This document shows positions 19,406-29,666 of a stretch of 64,000 nucleotides of DNA, in pieces. The notes under the pieces are model-generated. The model ran no database searches. It was not told the origin of the DNA and saw only the letters and a list, made by a program, of their open reading frames with translations. A program made the translations under genes and the position numbers. Within the stretch, counting starts at the first letter, position 1, and each line of letters begins with the position of its first letter. The stretch is from the NCBI GenBank assembly GCA_964580585.1, contig CAZOKZ010000001.1:23261-87260 (forward strand), in the 5' to 3' direction. This DNA comes from an uncultured Candidatus Sumerlaeota bacterium (lineage in GTDB: Bacteria; Sumerlaeota; Sumerlaeia; SLMS01; JAHLLQ01).

Positions 19406-20707
19406 ATGAACGACCCACATGCCAGCCTTCGTTTTCTGACCCCGCGCAATTTGCTCGGTGTGTGGGCGGGGCTTTGTTTGTATCTGGGGATCTATTGGCG
19501 AAATCCTCAGTTGTTGTTTATTGGCACAGCGTCGTTCCTCGCACTGCTCTCCAGTATCTGGCAAGCATCACGGATGCTCCGTGACGTACGCATTGCGCGC
19601 CACCACACAGCACGCGCCTTCGAGGGCCAGTTCGTACACGTATCGCTTGAATTGGAATCGAAATCGAAGGCTCGCGAGCACTTGGTGATGTTGGAAGATT
19701 ACTTTCCACCGGGCGAAGCACTGCGCGTGAAGCACCTGATTCGTGACTCGTTTACGCGTGGAGAGCGCATAAACGTCGAGTATCTGGGCGAGATCGTCCA
19801 CCGACGCGGATTGTACACGCTCGGACCGGTGCGTCTCGAAGCCTACGATCCGATGGGGATAATCAAACGGAAACTGAAGATCGAAACGTTTACCTCGTTG
19901 TTGGTCTATCCATCTGCCGTTGATTTGCATATGACCGAATTGTTGGGCGATGGAACATTGGCGCATGTGGGTATTGAAACAACGCGACGTCCTGGAAGAA
20001 GTACCGAATATACCGGCTTACGTCAGTATCGCATTGGCGACAGCCCGAACACCATCCATTGGCGTTCGACAGCACGTGTCGGGCATTTGATGGTAAAAGA
20101 ATTTCAGGAAGACATGATGACGCATGTGTCGATCTTTATCGATATTGGGCGATTGGGACTAACCGGACTCGGCGATCAGACATCGATCGAGTACGCCATC
20201 AAGGCCGCTGCCAGTTTAGCCAAACGCGCCATCGAAAACGCCCATTATGTGCAAGTATTCGCGGTAGGGACGGAGATCGAGCATATTCCCCTCGGGTCCG
20301 GAAGCCGCCATTTGCTGATGATTCTCGACCGGCTGGCATTTTTGAAGGCTCAAGGCGATTCCGTCTTTCCGGAAACGGTGCTGCACTACACGCCGTTGCT
20401 TAAACCCGGAGGAACAGTGATTCTCGTTCTCAGTTTAACGACGCTTTCCATCGATACCATCGAACCTTTGATCGCGGCGTTGCTTTATCGGCGTTTATTA
20501 CCCGTTGTGGTGTTGATCGACGACCGCGCGTTCATCAAACTTTACCGCGAACAGGAAACGAGTCATAGTGAAGGATTGAGTATCGAAGACGCCGTGAAAT
20601 ATCTGACAGCTCAGGGAGTTCGCGTTCACCTGGTGACAAAAGCCAAGTCTCCGAAACAGGCTCTATTACAGGGTCTGGAAAGGAGTTGCCTCGCTGATGA
20701 ATATTGA
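19406..20707 (+). CDS. DUF58 (vWA-like) protein of the MoxR-DUF58-TGase class, with two N-terminal TM helices.
   Basis: Diagnostic LRQYRIGDSPNTIHWRSTAR motif. Confidence 0.7.
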   Translation: MNDPHASLRFLTPRNLLGVWAGLCLYLGIYWRNPQLLFIGTASFLALLSSIWQASRMLRDVRIARHHTARAFEGQFVHVSLELESKSKAREHLVMLEDYFPPGEALRVKHLIRDSFTRGERINVEYLGEIVHRRGLYTLGPVRLEAYDPMGIIKRKLKIETFTSLLVYPSAVDLHMTELLGDGTLAHVGIETTRRPGRSTEYTGLRQYRIGDSPNTIHWRSTARVGHLMVKEFQEDMMTHVSIFIDIGRLGLTGLGDQTSIEYAIKAAASLAKRAIENAHYVQVFAVGTEIEHIPLGSGSRHLLMILDRLAFLKAQGDSVFPETVLHYTPLLKPGGTVILVLSLTTLSIDTIEPLIAALLYRRLLPVVVLIDDRAFIKLYREQETSHSEGLSIEDAVKYLTAQGVRVHLVTKAKSPKQALLQGLERSCLADEY

Positions 20708-21920
20708 ACTGGACGAGGAACAACCATCGCGTAAGACGGTACGGTTTACCGCGTCGCAATGTGACCTTGTGCACCGCCTGGTCGTGGCGTTGATGTGTTA
20801 TTGTGCGCTATCGATTGCATTCTGGGAATCTGGCGGATGGATGCATCCTGCGGTATATTTTTTCCTCACGTTATGTATCGGTGGATTGTACGTTGGACGT
20901 AAATTGGGTATGCTGATGGTGGAGTTTTTCGCCCCCTTTCAGTACCGTGAAAAGTTTGCCCTGTTCCTGGGTCATCTGGTGCTGATGGGAATACCCTGGT
21001 ATCTGGGATTCAAAGGTTGGAACTATATCTGGAGCGTGTTACTGGCACTGCAATGCGGGCAAACGATCAACCGTGTTGTTTTTGGACGATTGTATGCCGT
21101 TTCCTTCCTTCTTCTATTCGGCCCTCTTTGTTCTGGAATCCAGCCGCCGTTTGTTTTCGTGACGAGTTGGATGTTGTTTTTGTTGCTGGCAATGCGTTTG
21201 AAGTTTTTAAATTTCCGTCTGTTGGAAAGCCGACATCCAGGTCGTTCTCTGGCATTTTGGGAGAGTATCCGTTTCACAATCCCCTCTGTCTTTTTGCCAT
21301 GGACCGCCGCGGTAGCTTTGTACTTCTGGTTCGCAGTGCTATTGCAGGGAAAACTGCGCGTTCCTCAATTCGATGAAGGTGTTTGGGGCAAAAATGCGCG
21401 CATGGGTCCCGTGGAATACAGCGATCTTATCTGGGATGCGGTTTTCATCATGGCAATCATCATCGGTCTGCTCGTGTTGATGTACTGGATCGAGCACCAG
21501 TTGCAAAAACTCCGGTCGGCGGAAGGCACCGAAATCGAAGATATGTACGCAACACATGAAGGCCGCGATGAGGTATCCGGTTCGGAGCCCAAACCGTTGG
21601 AAGAACCTTTTGGCGACGATGCGCGTGGACGAATTTTAGCCCGATTCCGTGCTTATTATCGGCAACTGGGACAAACCGGTTGGGGGCGTCGCTCAGATGA
21701 AACCGTTTGGGAATATTTGAACCGCTTGGCAACAGAGTTATTGCACAACGAACCGATACCTTCGACAATGGGACCGCTGTTCGACCGCGCGTGTTATTCT
21801 TCCGAAGCGATCAGCAACGAAGAAGCGGAGAAATTTTTGCGCGCGGCGGATGAATCGGAACGGCAAATGATGTCTGCCGTGGAAAGTAAACGCGCCGAAA
21901 AGGCAAACGAGCCGAAGTAA
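20697..21920 (+). CDS. Polytopic membrane protein with a C-terminal DUF4129-like cytoplasmic domain.
   Basis: About seven predicted TM helices; C-terminal RFRAYYRQLGQTGWGRRSDETVWEYL resembles DUF4129; overlaps the DUF58 gene. Confidence 0.5.
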   Translation: MNIELDEEQPSRKTVRFTASQCDLVHRLVVALMCYCALSIAFWESGGWMHPAVYFFLTLCIGGLYVGRKLGMLMVEFFAPFQYREKFALFLGHLVLMGIPWYLGFKGWNYIWSVLLALQCGQTINRVVFGRLYAVSFLLLFGPLCSGIQPPFVFVTSWMLFLLLAMRLKFLNFRLLESRHPGRSLAFWESIRFTIPSVFLPWTAAVALYFWFAVLLQGKLRVPQFDEGVWGKNARMGPVEYSDLIWDAVFIMAIIIGLLVLMYWIEHQLQKLRSAEGTEIEDMYATHEGRDEVSGSEPKPLEEPFGDDARGRILARFRAYYRQLGQTGWGRRSDETVWEYLNRLATELLHNEPIPSTMGPLFDRACYSSEAISNEEAEKFLRAADESERQMMSAVESKRAEKANEPK

Positions 21921-22735
21921 TGACCCCAGAATCTCCGAATACCGTTTCCACTCCTCCAGAGCAAAATTCCAACTCCTGGGAATTAATGCATGGCGATTGT
22001 TTCGATATCGCACCGAGACTTCAGCCGGAAAGCTTTTCGCTGATCTATCTGGACCCTCCATTTTTTACGGGGAAAGTCCACTCTTCACCGGAAAAAACGA
22101 ACAATGGCTTTCGAGATGTCTGGCAAAACGATATCGTCGATTTCACCGATTACCTGGGAGCGCGGATCGAACGTCTGATCCCCCTTCTAACGCCGACGGG
22201 GTCCATGTTACTTCATCTGGATTGGCATGCGGTACATTATTTGAAGGTCCGGTGCGACAAACTCTTCGGAATGCAGAATTTCCAAAATGAAATCATCTGG
22301 GCATACCGGTCGGGTGGCGGAACAAAGAAACGATACGGCCGTAAACACGACACGATTTTGTGGTACAGTAAGGGGAAAAAGTTTTGCTTCAACACAGACG
22401 AAGCCCGCGTGCCGTACGATGCAACCATTGCCGCCAAACGCGCGCACCTGTTCCATGAAAATGGCAAGGTCGCGGGGGACGTGCTCGATATTTCGCGTCC
22501 TCCGAATCATGCGCGGGAGTGGACGGGCTGGCCGACACAAAAACCCATGGCGTTGCTCGATTGGCTGACTCGCGTCCACAGCAAGCCGGGCGATTTGGTG
22601 GGAGATTTTTTCTGTGGCAGCGGCACGACTCTGGTAGCCGCCACAAATCTTGGCCGCCGCGCATTGGGTTGCGATATGAGCCTGGATGCGTTGGAAATCG
22701 CCAACAGCCGATTACGGCAATCAAAATTGGACTAA
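21920..22735 (+). CDS. DNA methyltransferase, beta class (N6-adenine or N4-cytosine; PF01555-like), apparently an orphan.
   Basis: Motif IV LIYLDPPF at the N-terminus and motif I FFCGSGTT at the C-terminus; ATGA overlap with the upstream membrane-protein gene. Confidence 0.8.
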   Translation: MTPESPNTVSTPPEQNSNSWELMHGDCFDIAPRLQPESFSLIYLDPPFFTGKVHSSPEKTNNGFRDVWQNDIVDFTDYLGARIERLIPLLTPTGSMLLHLDWHAVHYLKVRCDKLFGMQNFQNEIIWAYRSGGGTKKRYGRKHDTILWYSKGKKFCFNTDEARVPYDATIAAKRAHLFHENGKVAGDVLDISRPPNHAREWTGWPTQKPMALLDWLTRVHSKPGDLVGDFFCGSGTTLVAATNLGRRALGCDMSLDALEIANSRLRQSKLD

Positions 22736-22890
22736 GGAAATCTCTCACAAGTTCATTCCACGGGTTGACCCGCAACCCTGACACCCGTCAGAAGAAGCCG
22801 CGCGCGACGATCAGCTTGGAAGGCTGTACCTCGACGAGTTGACTTTCCGCGTCTCTAAAATTCGATCAAGTTTCCTGGAACCGTTCTGCC

Positions 22891-24105
22891 ATGGATGAAA
22901 ATAAACCTAAAAAAACCGGATTTTTCAGCCGTCTTTTTACCGTGACGCACGCCGAGACTCCTCCGGAAACCGATGAGTCGGCAGTACTGACACCTGAGGA
23001 CGAGGCCTCCGAATCGCTTGAGGTTGCCGAAACCGTACCTGTCGCTCTCGACACCGAGAAAAAGCCGGGAGTGCTCAAGCGGTGGTTTGGCAAAAAAGAA
23101 ACCCCCGCCGAGGGCGAAATCGAAGTCGCTCCTGAGCCTGAAGCCGCTCATGAACCACCTGCCGAGCCGAAGAAGTCCTGGTTTCGGCGCCTAACCGAAC
23201 GACTAGGAAAAACGCGCCAGAACCTGATCGACAGCGTGCGTGCCGTGCTTGGCATGTCGGGCAAGCTGGACGAAGAAACGATCGAGGAAATCGAGGCGAT
23301 TTTGCTCCAGAGCGACGTTGCCATGCCCACAACGGTGAAAATTATCGATCGGATGAAGGCTGAACTACGCAAGCGCGGCAAAGAAGAAGGCGCGGAGTTG
23401 TTACTGGAGTTGTTCAAGGATTCAATCCGCGATATTCTTGCCAACGCAGCGCCGGGTTTTGAGCCCAAACCTCCTGCCGATGGCGGTCCATACGTCGTCA
23501 TGGTGGTTGGCGTAAACGGTGTGGGGAAAACAACGACAATCGCCAAGATGGCCAAGCGCTGCACCGACGCGGGGTTGAAAACAATGCTCGTTGCGGGAGA
23601 CACGTTCCGTGCCGCAGCGGTGGAGCAACTCGAAATCTGGTCGCAACGCACGGGTTGCGATTTTGCCAAGTCACCGCCGAATTCCGACGCCGCTGCATTG
23701 TGCTACGACGCGCTCCAAAAAGCCAAAGCACGTGGGTCGCAGGTGGTCTTTATCGATACAGCTGGGCGTTTGCACACCAAATCGAGCCTGATGGACGAAC
23801 TCGGCAAGATGGAACGCGTGATCCAGAAACAAATTCCCGACGCGCCGCACGAAACGCTGCTGGTGCTCGACGCCACGACGGGCCAGAACGCCATTCAGCA
23901 GGTGAAAATTTTTTCCGAGTCGGTGAAAATCAACGGCTTGATCATGACGAAGCTCGATGGCACAGCCAAAGGCGGCGTGCTTCTCAGCATCCTCGACATG
24001 CACCGCATTCCGATTACGTTGATTGGTGTGGGAGAAGGCGCCGACGACTTGCGCGACTTCGATTCTGAACAATTCGCACATGCGTTGTTTGGTGAGAGCG
24101 AGTAA
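22891..24105 (+). CDS. ftsY: Signal recognition particle receptor FtsY.
   Basis: Acidic A domain, NG domain motifs [10 protein letters not shown] and [10 protein letters not shown]. Confidence 0.9.
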   Translation: MDENKPKKTGFFSRLFTVTHAETPPETDESAVLTPEDEASESLEVAETVPVALDTEKKPGVLKRWFGKKETPAEGEIEVAPEPEAAHEPPAEPKKSWFRRLTERLGKTRQNLIDSVRAVLGMSGKLDEETIEEIEAILLQSDVAMPTTVKIIDRMKAELRKRGKEEGAELLLELFKDSIRDILANAAPGFEPKPPADGGPYVVMVVGVNGVGKTTTIAKMAKRCTDAGLKTMLVAGDTFRAAAVEQLEIWSQRTGCDFAKSPPNSDAAALCYDALQKAKARGSQVVFIDTAGRLHTKSSLMDELGKMERVIQKQIPDAPHETLLVLDATTGQNAIQQVKIFSESVKINGLIMTKLDGTAKGGVLLSILDMHRIPITLIGVGEGADDLRDFDSEQFAHALFGESE

Positions 24106-24166
24106 AAAGAAAACCACGAAGCCACAAAGGCACGAAGGAACACAAAGAAAAGCATGAAAAATAAAA

Positions 24167-24192
24167 GGGACGGAAGAATGTACCACCGTCCC
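24167..24192. terminator. Hairpin GGGACGG-(12 nt)-CCGTCCC between convergent ftsY and ruvA.
   Basis: 7-bp stem built from the recurrent motif; no clean U-tract. Confidence 0.3.
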
Positions 24193-24247
24193 ATCCTGTT
24201 TATCCTGTCAATCCTGTCTAATTTTCCAATAACTTTGCGTTAAGCAA

Positions 24248-24868
24248 TTACCGCCAGCGCAATCCTTCGCGCACCAAATCCGCTGTCGGGGCGTCTTCGC
24301 CGATGGATTCCACCGCCGAGCGAATGGCCTTTTCTGCCGTGGCGGGCTTGCAACCGAGCGCCATCAGGCCCTGAACCGCGTCGGCGATGTTTTCTTTCTG
24401 GGGCAATCCGGCGGGCGCGGCAGGGGAGGACGGCTTGCCGACGCTGCCCGCGCTGACAAACGGCACCATCTTTTCGCGCAATTCGACGATCAAGCGCTCG
24501 GCGGTCTTTTTGCCGACGCCCTTGATTTTCGACACATAGTTCAAGTCTTGCTGCACGATGGCATTGGCAAAGGCGCCAATTTCGATCTGCGAGAGAATCC
24601 CCAGCGCCTTGCGTGGGCCGATGCCGCTCATCGACAGCAGCACGTCGAAGCAATCGCGCTCCATCGTTGTCGCGAAGCCAAAGAGCGAGAATGTGCCGTC
24701 GTTGGCGTTGAACGAAAGGCGCGTCATCAGCGTGGCGGCTTCGCCTCTCGCGGGCAGAATCGACGCCGTACTGCCGGGAATTTCCACCTGAAAGCGCAAG
24801 CCGTTGACGTCGATTACGGCAAAATCGTCTTCGAAGTCGAGAAGCGTACCATGGAGCGAATGAAACAT
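24248..24868 (-). CDS. ruvA: Holliday junction DNA helicase subunit RuvA; no ruvB adjacent.
   Basis: OB fold, HhH (GIGPRKA ... IKGVGKKTAERL) and C-terminal domain. Confidence 0.85.
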   Translation of the reverse strand: MFHSLHGTLLDFEDDFAVIDVNGLRFQVEIPGSTASILPARGEAATLMTRLSFNANDGTFSLFGFATTMERDCFDVLLSMSGIGPRKALGILSQIEIGAFANAIVQQDLNYVSKIKGVGKKTAERLIVELREKMVPFVSAGSVGKPSSPAAPAGLPQKENIADAVQGLMALGCKPATAEKAIRSAVESIGEDAPTADLVREGLRWR

Positions 24869-25105
24869 GAGCGAGGTATCCTGTTGGGGCGAAAGTCAGA
24901 CGAAAGCACCGTCCAAAACCATGCCGAATGGCGTCAAGACACTTTGACGCCGTCGGGTGGATGAATTATTTAAAGATGAAAGGAACATCTGCGACCAACG
25001 TGGCTTCGATGTTTTTCAGAAAAAAAATCCATCTCCTGCAATTTTATTCCGCCGGTGCACTTGTGTCTGGTGAAGGAGCAATTTTCACGGAAGGACAGAC
25101 GAAGG

Positions 25106-26914
25106 ATGCTCTCTCGCAACAGTGAACGCTCGGACATCGATTTGGTGCGCGCCGCGCAGGGTGGCGACGACAAGGCCTACACGCAACTGGTCGATCGGCA
25201 TTTCGGTCTCGTGTACTCGATTGCATATGCCCGCATGAGCAATCGCGAGGCTGCCGAGGACTTGGCGCAGGAGGTTTTTCTCCAGGTGTTTCTGCACGTC
25301 AAGCAACTCGACACGCGGCGGAAGGTGAATTTCCCCGCCTGGGTGGCGCGTATTACGCGGAATCTGGCGTTTCACTGGCAGCGAAAAAACCAACGCCGTT
25401 CGGAGCTGGTTCCCATGGTGCCACTGGACAAGGATTCGATGCAGGTTTCCGACCACGAGACGGACCATTCACGCGACCGGATGATCGCGGCGGAACAACG
25501 CCGCGCCGTCGAGCGCGCGGTGCTGGATTTACCCGCCGATCAACGCGAAATGGTGGTGCTGCATTACACCGAGAAGTTGAGTAAAAAGCAGATTGCTCAA
25601 CGCCTCGGTATGCATCCTTCGACGGTGGGCCGCCAGATCGACCGCGCGGTTTCGAGCATGAAGGGACTGGTTCAAACGTCGCTCGAAAGCACGGCGCCGA
25701 CGTTGGCGGCTTCGGCCAAGGCACCGGTGTATGCGGCGGGGTTGATTTCTGCCGTGGCGGCCATGAACGAAGCGGCGCGCGCCAATTTGCTCGCCTCGCC
25801 AACGTTCACGTCGGCGGCTGCCCAAGCGTTCGAGACCACGAGAAATGTATCCCGTCTGTCCACCTTTGTGAAATGGCTCCTCCCAATTATCCTTTATGGA
25901 GGAACGACCATGAGTACGGCAAAAATTGTTGGTGGAATCAGTGCAGCAGTAGGTGTTTTGGTATTATCGGGAGTGGGGTACCAGTATTACGAATCGACGA
26001 AAAAAACCACCAAGTTAACCGAGATGAGTTCAGCCGTGGTGACGTCGTCGGGCGAAGTGAATGAAACCAACCCGGAAATTCGACTTTGGGTGGACTTAAC
26101 TCCCGGCAAAACATGGAAAAGCGAAACGCAAGTTGAAACAACCAGTGACGTAGAGGTGAGTTTGAAACCAGGTATTATCAAGTCGCAAACCGTCGTCAGA
26201 ACGCAAATGGCTCACCGCACGTTGCCGCCGAATCAACAAGGACAAGCGCAGGTTGAAAACCTTGTCAGTGGTATGCAAATGACGGCCGTAGTGGATGGCA
26301 AACAAGTCGATCCCAAGGAAACGGGAATGGATATCGGCAGGGCGATGGCGGGTACAAAGACCATCGATGTGATGGACAATTTTGGACGTATTGTTACATC
26401 CGTTGAAGATGACGAAACGAAAAAAGATAATATCATGACGAACCCGGCGGTTCTAGCGTTGGGAAACATCGACAGAATCGCCATGGGGGAACTGCCTGAA
26501 AAATCCGTTCGGGTGGGCGATACATGGACTCGCGTCATCAGCGCTCCTGATTTCGTCCAATTCCAGTCACGCTACGAATGCAAGTTCGACAGAATCGAAG
26601 AAACTCCCCAAGGAAGAGTTGCTGTGATTACGCGTCGCTCGGTCGTGGATTTGGATAAACCAACGCCGCTTGGGAAAATTCCGATTCCAGAAGCAGGAAC
26701 CGAAGCTGATATGACGTTTCTATCGATGACAGGTGAAACGCGCCATATTTCACGATTGCTGATCGATGAAGGCGAATGGCTGAATCACTTTGCGACAACG
26801 AGTTTCGACCTCACAACGCGAATGGACTTAACTGTTCAGGGCAAACCCATATCGATTGATATGAAAACCAGTGGCTCCGAAACACGTACAACCGAAATGA
26901 AGTACGGAGTGTAA
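25106..26914 (+). CDS. ECF (sigma-70 family) sigma factor with no stop codon before an Ala-rich linker, a single TM helix and an extracytoplasmic domain of about 310 aa of unknown fold. An internal ATG at 25910 with a GGAGGA RBS may also express the C-terminal module on its own.
   Basis: Sigma2 region (DLAQEVFLQVF) and sigma4 region (LDLPADQREMVVLHYTEKLSKKQIAQRLGMHPSTV); the ORF continues without a stop into a paralog of 27122-28132; GTG alternative start at 25055. Confidence 0.6.
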   Translation: MLSRNSERSDIDLVRAAQGGDDKAYTQLVDRHFGLVYSIAYARMSNREAAEDLAQEVFLQVFLHVKQLDTRRKVNFPAWVARITRNLAFHWQRKNQRRSELVPMVPLDKDSMQVSDHETDHSRDRMIAAEQRRAVERAVLDLPADQREMVVLHYTEKLSKKQIAQRLGMHPSTVGRQIDRAVSSMKGLVQTSLESTAPTLAASAKAPVYAAGLISAVAAMNEAARANLLASPTFTSAAAQAFETTRNVSRLSTFVKWLLPIILYGGTTMSTAKIVGGISAAVGVLVLSGVGYQYYESTKKTTKLTEMSSAVVTSSGEVNETNPEIRLWVDLTPGKTWKSETQVETTSDVEVSLKPGIIKSQTVVRTQMAHRTLPPNQQGQAQVENLVSGMQMTAVVDGKQVDPKETGMDIGRAMAGTKTIDVMDNFGRIVTSVEDDETKKDNIMTNPAVLALGNIDRIAMGELPEKSVRVGDTWTRVISAPDFVQFQSRYECKFDRIEETPQGRVAVITRRSVVDLDKPTPLGKIPIPEAGTEADMTFLSMTGETRHISRLLIDEGEWLNHFATTSFDLTTRMDLTVQGKPISIDMKTSGSETRTTEMKYGV

Positions 26915-27121
26915 CAAGAACAGTAAACCGACTATCCGAAAATATAAAACCGCGCTTGAATTCACCAAATACACACAGATTCATGAATAACAGGTTGCAC
27001 ACTTTGTATCGCAAGAAGCTACGATTGTGCGGGTGAGCAATGGAGCGAAACACAGAGCATGAACATTCGCGAATCGACGTAAAATGGCCTTCCGCCAATT
27101 ATTTTTCATGGGAGAACGACC

Positions 27122-28132
27122 ATGAGTAAGGCGAAAATCATCGGCGGAATCAGTACGGCAACCGGTGTTTTGGTATTATCGGGAATTGGTTATTATTATT
27201 TCGAGACAACGAAAAAGACCTCTCAATTGACCGAGATGGCTCCAGCCGTGGTCACCACCAATTCGGCGGTGTCGAACGAAAACAATCCCGCTATTCGATT
27301 GTGGGTGGATTTAGTTCCGGGAAAAACCTGGAAAAGCCAAACGAATATTGAATCTTCAAGCACAGTTCAAGGAGCGATAATCCCCGAACCCATTGAGCAA
27401 CAAACGACCATACGCATTCATTCGACACACCGAATTTTACCACCGAATGAAGAGGGACAGACACAAATCGACAACCTGATCGACGACGCTCAAATGACCG
27501 TTGTGGTTAATGGTGAAGAAGTTGATTTGAAAAGTAAAGGAGTCGATGTCATCGGTTCCATGATCGGAACCAATACTATAGACGTTGTGGATTCATTCGG
27601 AAGAATCATGTCCGAAGTAAAAGACGAGCAGCAAAACGATACCTTTATGTCTAACCCCGCCTTATTGGCATTGGGAAACATCGATCGGATCGCTCTGTGC
27701 GAACTTCCAGAAAAACCCGTTCGCATAGGAGACACTTGGACTCGAACGATCACGGTCCCGGAAATCCCAAGTCTCAATATTTTGTACGAATGCAAATTCG
27801 AGCGTATCGAAGACACTCCACAAGGCCGTGTAGCCGTCATCACGAGGTATGCCAATAGCGACCTGCAAAATCTTAATGCACCCATGGGCAAATTACCGAT
27901 GGAAGAAATCGATGGCGATGCGGACTTTACGTTTCTGGCGATGAAAGGCGAGACCCATCATATTTCGCGCTTGGCGCTCGATCAGGGGCAATGGATCGAT
28001 CACGTATCCACGACAACATCGGATGTTAAAACACGGATGGACTTTGCCTTTCAAGAGAAGCCGATTTCGATTGAAATGACAACTCTTGGTAACGAGAAAC
28101 GTGTCACAACGATGAACTATGGAGCCGAGTAG
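27122..28132 (+). CDS. Single-pass membrane protein of unknown function, paralog (about 55% aa identity) of the C-terminal module of the ECF sigma ORF.
   Basis: MSKAKIIGGISTATGVLVLSGIGYYYFETTKKT against MSTAKIVGGISAAVGVLVLSGVGYQYYESTKKT; the upstream 40 nt including the RBS is also duplicated. Confidence 0.6.
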   Translation: MSKAKIIGGISTATGVLVLSGIGYYYFETTKKTSQLTEMAPAVVTTNSAVSNENNPAIRLWVDLVPGKTWKSQTNIESSSTVQGAIIPEPIEQQTTIRIHSTHRILPPNEEGQTQIDNLIDDAQMTVVVNGEEVDLKSKGVDVIGSMIGTNTIDVVDSFGRIMSEVKDEQQNDTFMSNPALLALGNIDRIALCELPEKPVRIGDTWTRTITVPEIPSLNILYECKFERIEDTPQGRVAVITRYANSDLQNLNAPMGKLPMEEIDGDADFTFLAMKGETHHISRLALDQGQWIDHVSTTTSDVKTRMDFAFQEKPISIEMTTLGNEKRVTTMNYGAE

Positions 28133-28137
28133 AAGGC

Positions 28138-29079
28138 GTGGAACGACAATTAGAAGACGAACGCTCATTGCTAATCATTGCAGGGCCAACGGGAGTGGGG
28201 AAAAGCGCATTGGCGTTGCGGTTGGCTCGACAAACGGGGGCAGGGATCCTTTCCGCCGACAGCATGCAGGTTTATCGCGGGATGGAAATCGGCACGGCAC
28301 AACCCACGCGCGAGGAACGCGACTCCGTCCCTCATTTCCTCGTCGGTCATGTTGAACCCGGAGAAGAATACCACGTTGCGCGATTCGTTGCCGAAGCGGA
28401 AGAGGCGATTTCGCGTGAACATGCCGAAGGGCGTAAGGTGATCGTGTGTGGAGGAACGGGACTTTTTTTGCGGCACTTGCTCCAGGGCATCATGGAAGGC
28501 GCGCCGCGTAGCCCCGAAGTGCGCGCACGGTTGGAAGCGGAGTTGCAGGAACATGGTTACAATCACTTGCGTGCACGATTGCGGGCTGTCGATCCGAAAC
28601 GCGAGTCAGAAATTAACCCCAACGACGCGGTACGAGTCATACGAGCGCTCGAAGTTTACGAAGTCACCGGGGTACCGATGTCGGAACTCCACGCGCAAGA
28701 CACTGCCACCCGCCGACTCCGTCCCCATCGATACGTGGTGTTGCACCGACCGCGCGACATCATGATGGATCGTATCAATCAACGCGTGGATGCGATGATG
28801 GATGCGGGGTGGCTCGAAGAAGCGCGTGAATTATTGGCGCGCCGTCTGCCCGACGACAGCCAGGCGTGCAAAGCGCTGGGTTACCGTGAACTTTTCGCCC
28901 ACTTGCGTGAACAAAGCACGTTGGAAGCAGCCATCGAACAAATCAAACTCCTCACGCGCCGATTTGCGAAACGTCAACTCACGTGGTTTCGCGCCGTCGA
29001 AAACGCTGAATGGATCAATTTAGAATCAGAAATCACCGAAAAACGCCTGGATGATTGGGCCAGGTTTATCGTGTCCTGA
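28138..29079 (+). CDS. miaA: tRNA dimethylallyltransferase.
   Basis: P-loop GPTGVGKS; IPT family conservation. Confidence 0.9.
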   Translation: MERQLEDERSLLIIAGPTGVGKSALALRLARQTGAGILSADSMQVYRGMEIGTAQPTREERDSVPHFLVGHVEPGEEYHVARFVAEAEEAISREHAEGRKVIVCGGTGLFLRHLLQGIMEGAPRSPEVRARLEAELQEHGYNHLRARLRAVDPKRESEINPNDAVRVIRALEVYEVTGVPMSELHAQDTATRRLRPHRYVVLHRPRDIMMDRINQRVDAMMDAGWLEEARELLARRLPDDSQACKALGYRELFAHLREQSTLEAAIEQIKLLTRRFAKRQLTWFRAVENAEWINLESEITEKRLDDWARFIVS

Positions 29080-29081
29080 TA

Positions 29082-29576
29082 TTACTTTGCGTGTTCATTC
29101 AACCACGCCAACACTTCCGGCGCGTGCGATTCGCTGCCCTTTGCTTTGGGCCAATGCATGGCGATTTTTCCCAATGGATCGATAATGAACGTTTCGCGGC
29201 TGACCCCCATATATTTCCTGCCATACATCGATTTTTCAACCCACAGACCGTATTTTTCCAACACGGCATGTTCAACGTCCGCGAGCAAAGGAAAATTCAG
29301 GTCGAACTTCTCGGCAAACTTCTTTTTTGACTTGGAGTCCAGAATCGAAATTCCAAGCACCACTGCATTCAACTTTTCAAACTCAGCGCTCGTATCGCGA
29401 AACCCGCAACTTTCCGCCGAGCAGCCCGGGGTCGAGTCTTTGGGATAGGCATATAGGACAACCCATTTGCCTTTGTAGTCGGAAAGTTTGTGGACTTTCC
29501 CGTCCTGGTCGGGGAGAGTGATAGCGGGGGCTTTCTTGCCGATCATTTCGCTTAGGGGTTCGGTCTTTTTGGCCAT
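29082..29576 (-). CDS. bcp: Peroxiredoxin Bcp (thiol peroxidase).
   Basis: PxDxTPGCS peroxidatic Cys motif with a resolving Cys five residues later. Confidence 0.85.
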   Translation of the reverse strand: MAKKTEPLSEMIGKKAPAITLPDQDGKVHKLSDYKGKWVVLYAYPKDSTPGCSAESCGFRDTSAEFEKLNAVVLGISILDSKSKKKFAEKFDLNFPLLADVEHAVLEKYGLWVEKSMYGRKYMGVSRETFIIDPLGKIAMHWPKAKGSESHAPEVLAWLNEHAK

Positions 29577-29666
29577 GTAGAGTTATCCTTGCTGAGTATG
29601 GAGAAGATATGGTGCTTGAATAGTGCCGAAACCAAGTGTCGGCATCTTGGGACTGCTCAGCAACGG

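Noticed and set aside
23148-23669. ORF of 173 aa on the minus strand, overlapping ftsY.
   Set aside because: It is antisense to the conserved FtsY NG domain. It is a shadow ORF.
25055-26914. Treating the sigma plus membrane-domain read-through as an assembly or sequencing artifact.
   Set aside because: It cannot be decided from sequence alone. The codon-level continuity (… KWLLPIILYGGTT-M …) is clean, and the duplicated copy carries a TAA at the homologous spot. Fusion and stop-loss are both plausible, so it is reported as a finding rather than discarded.
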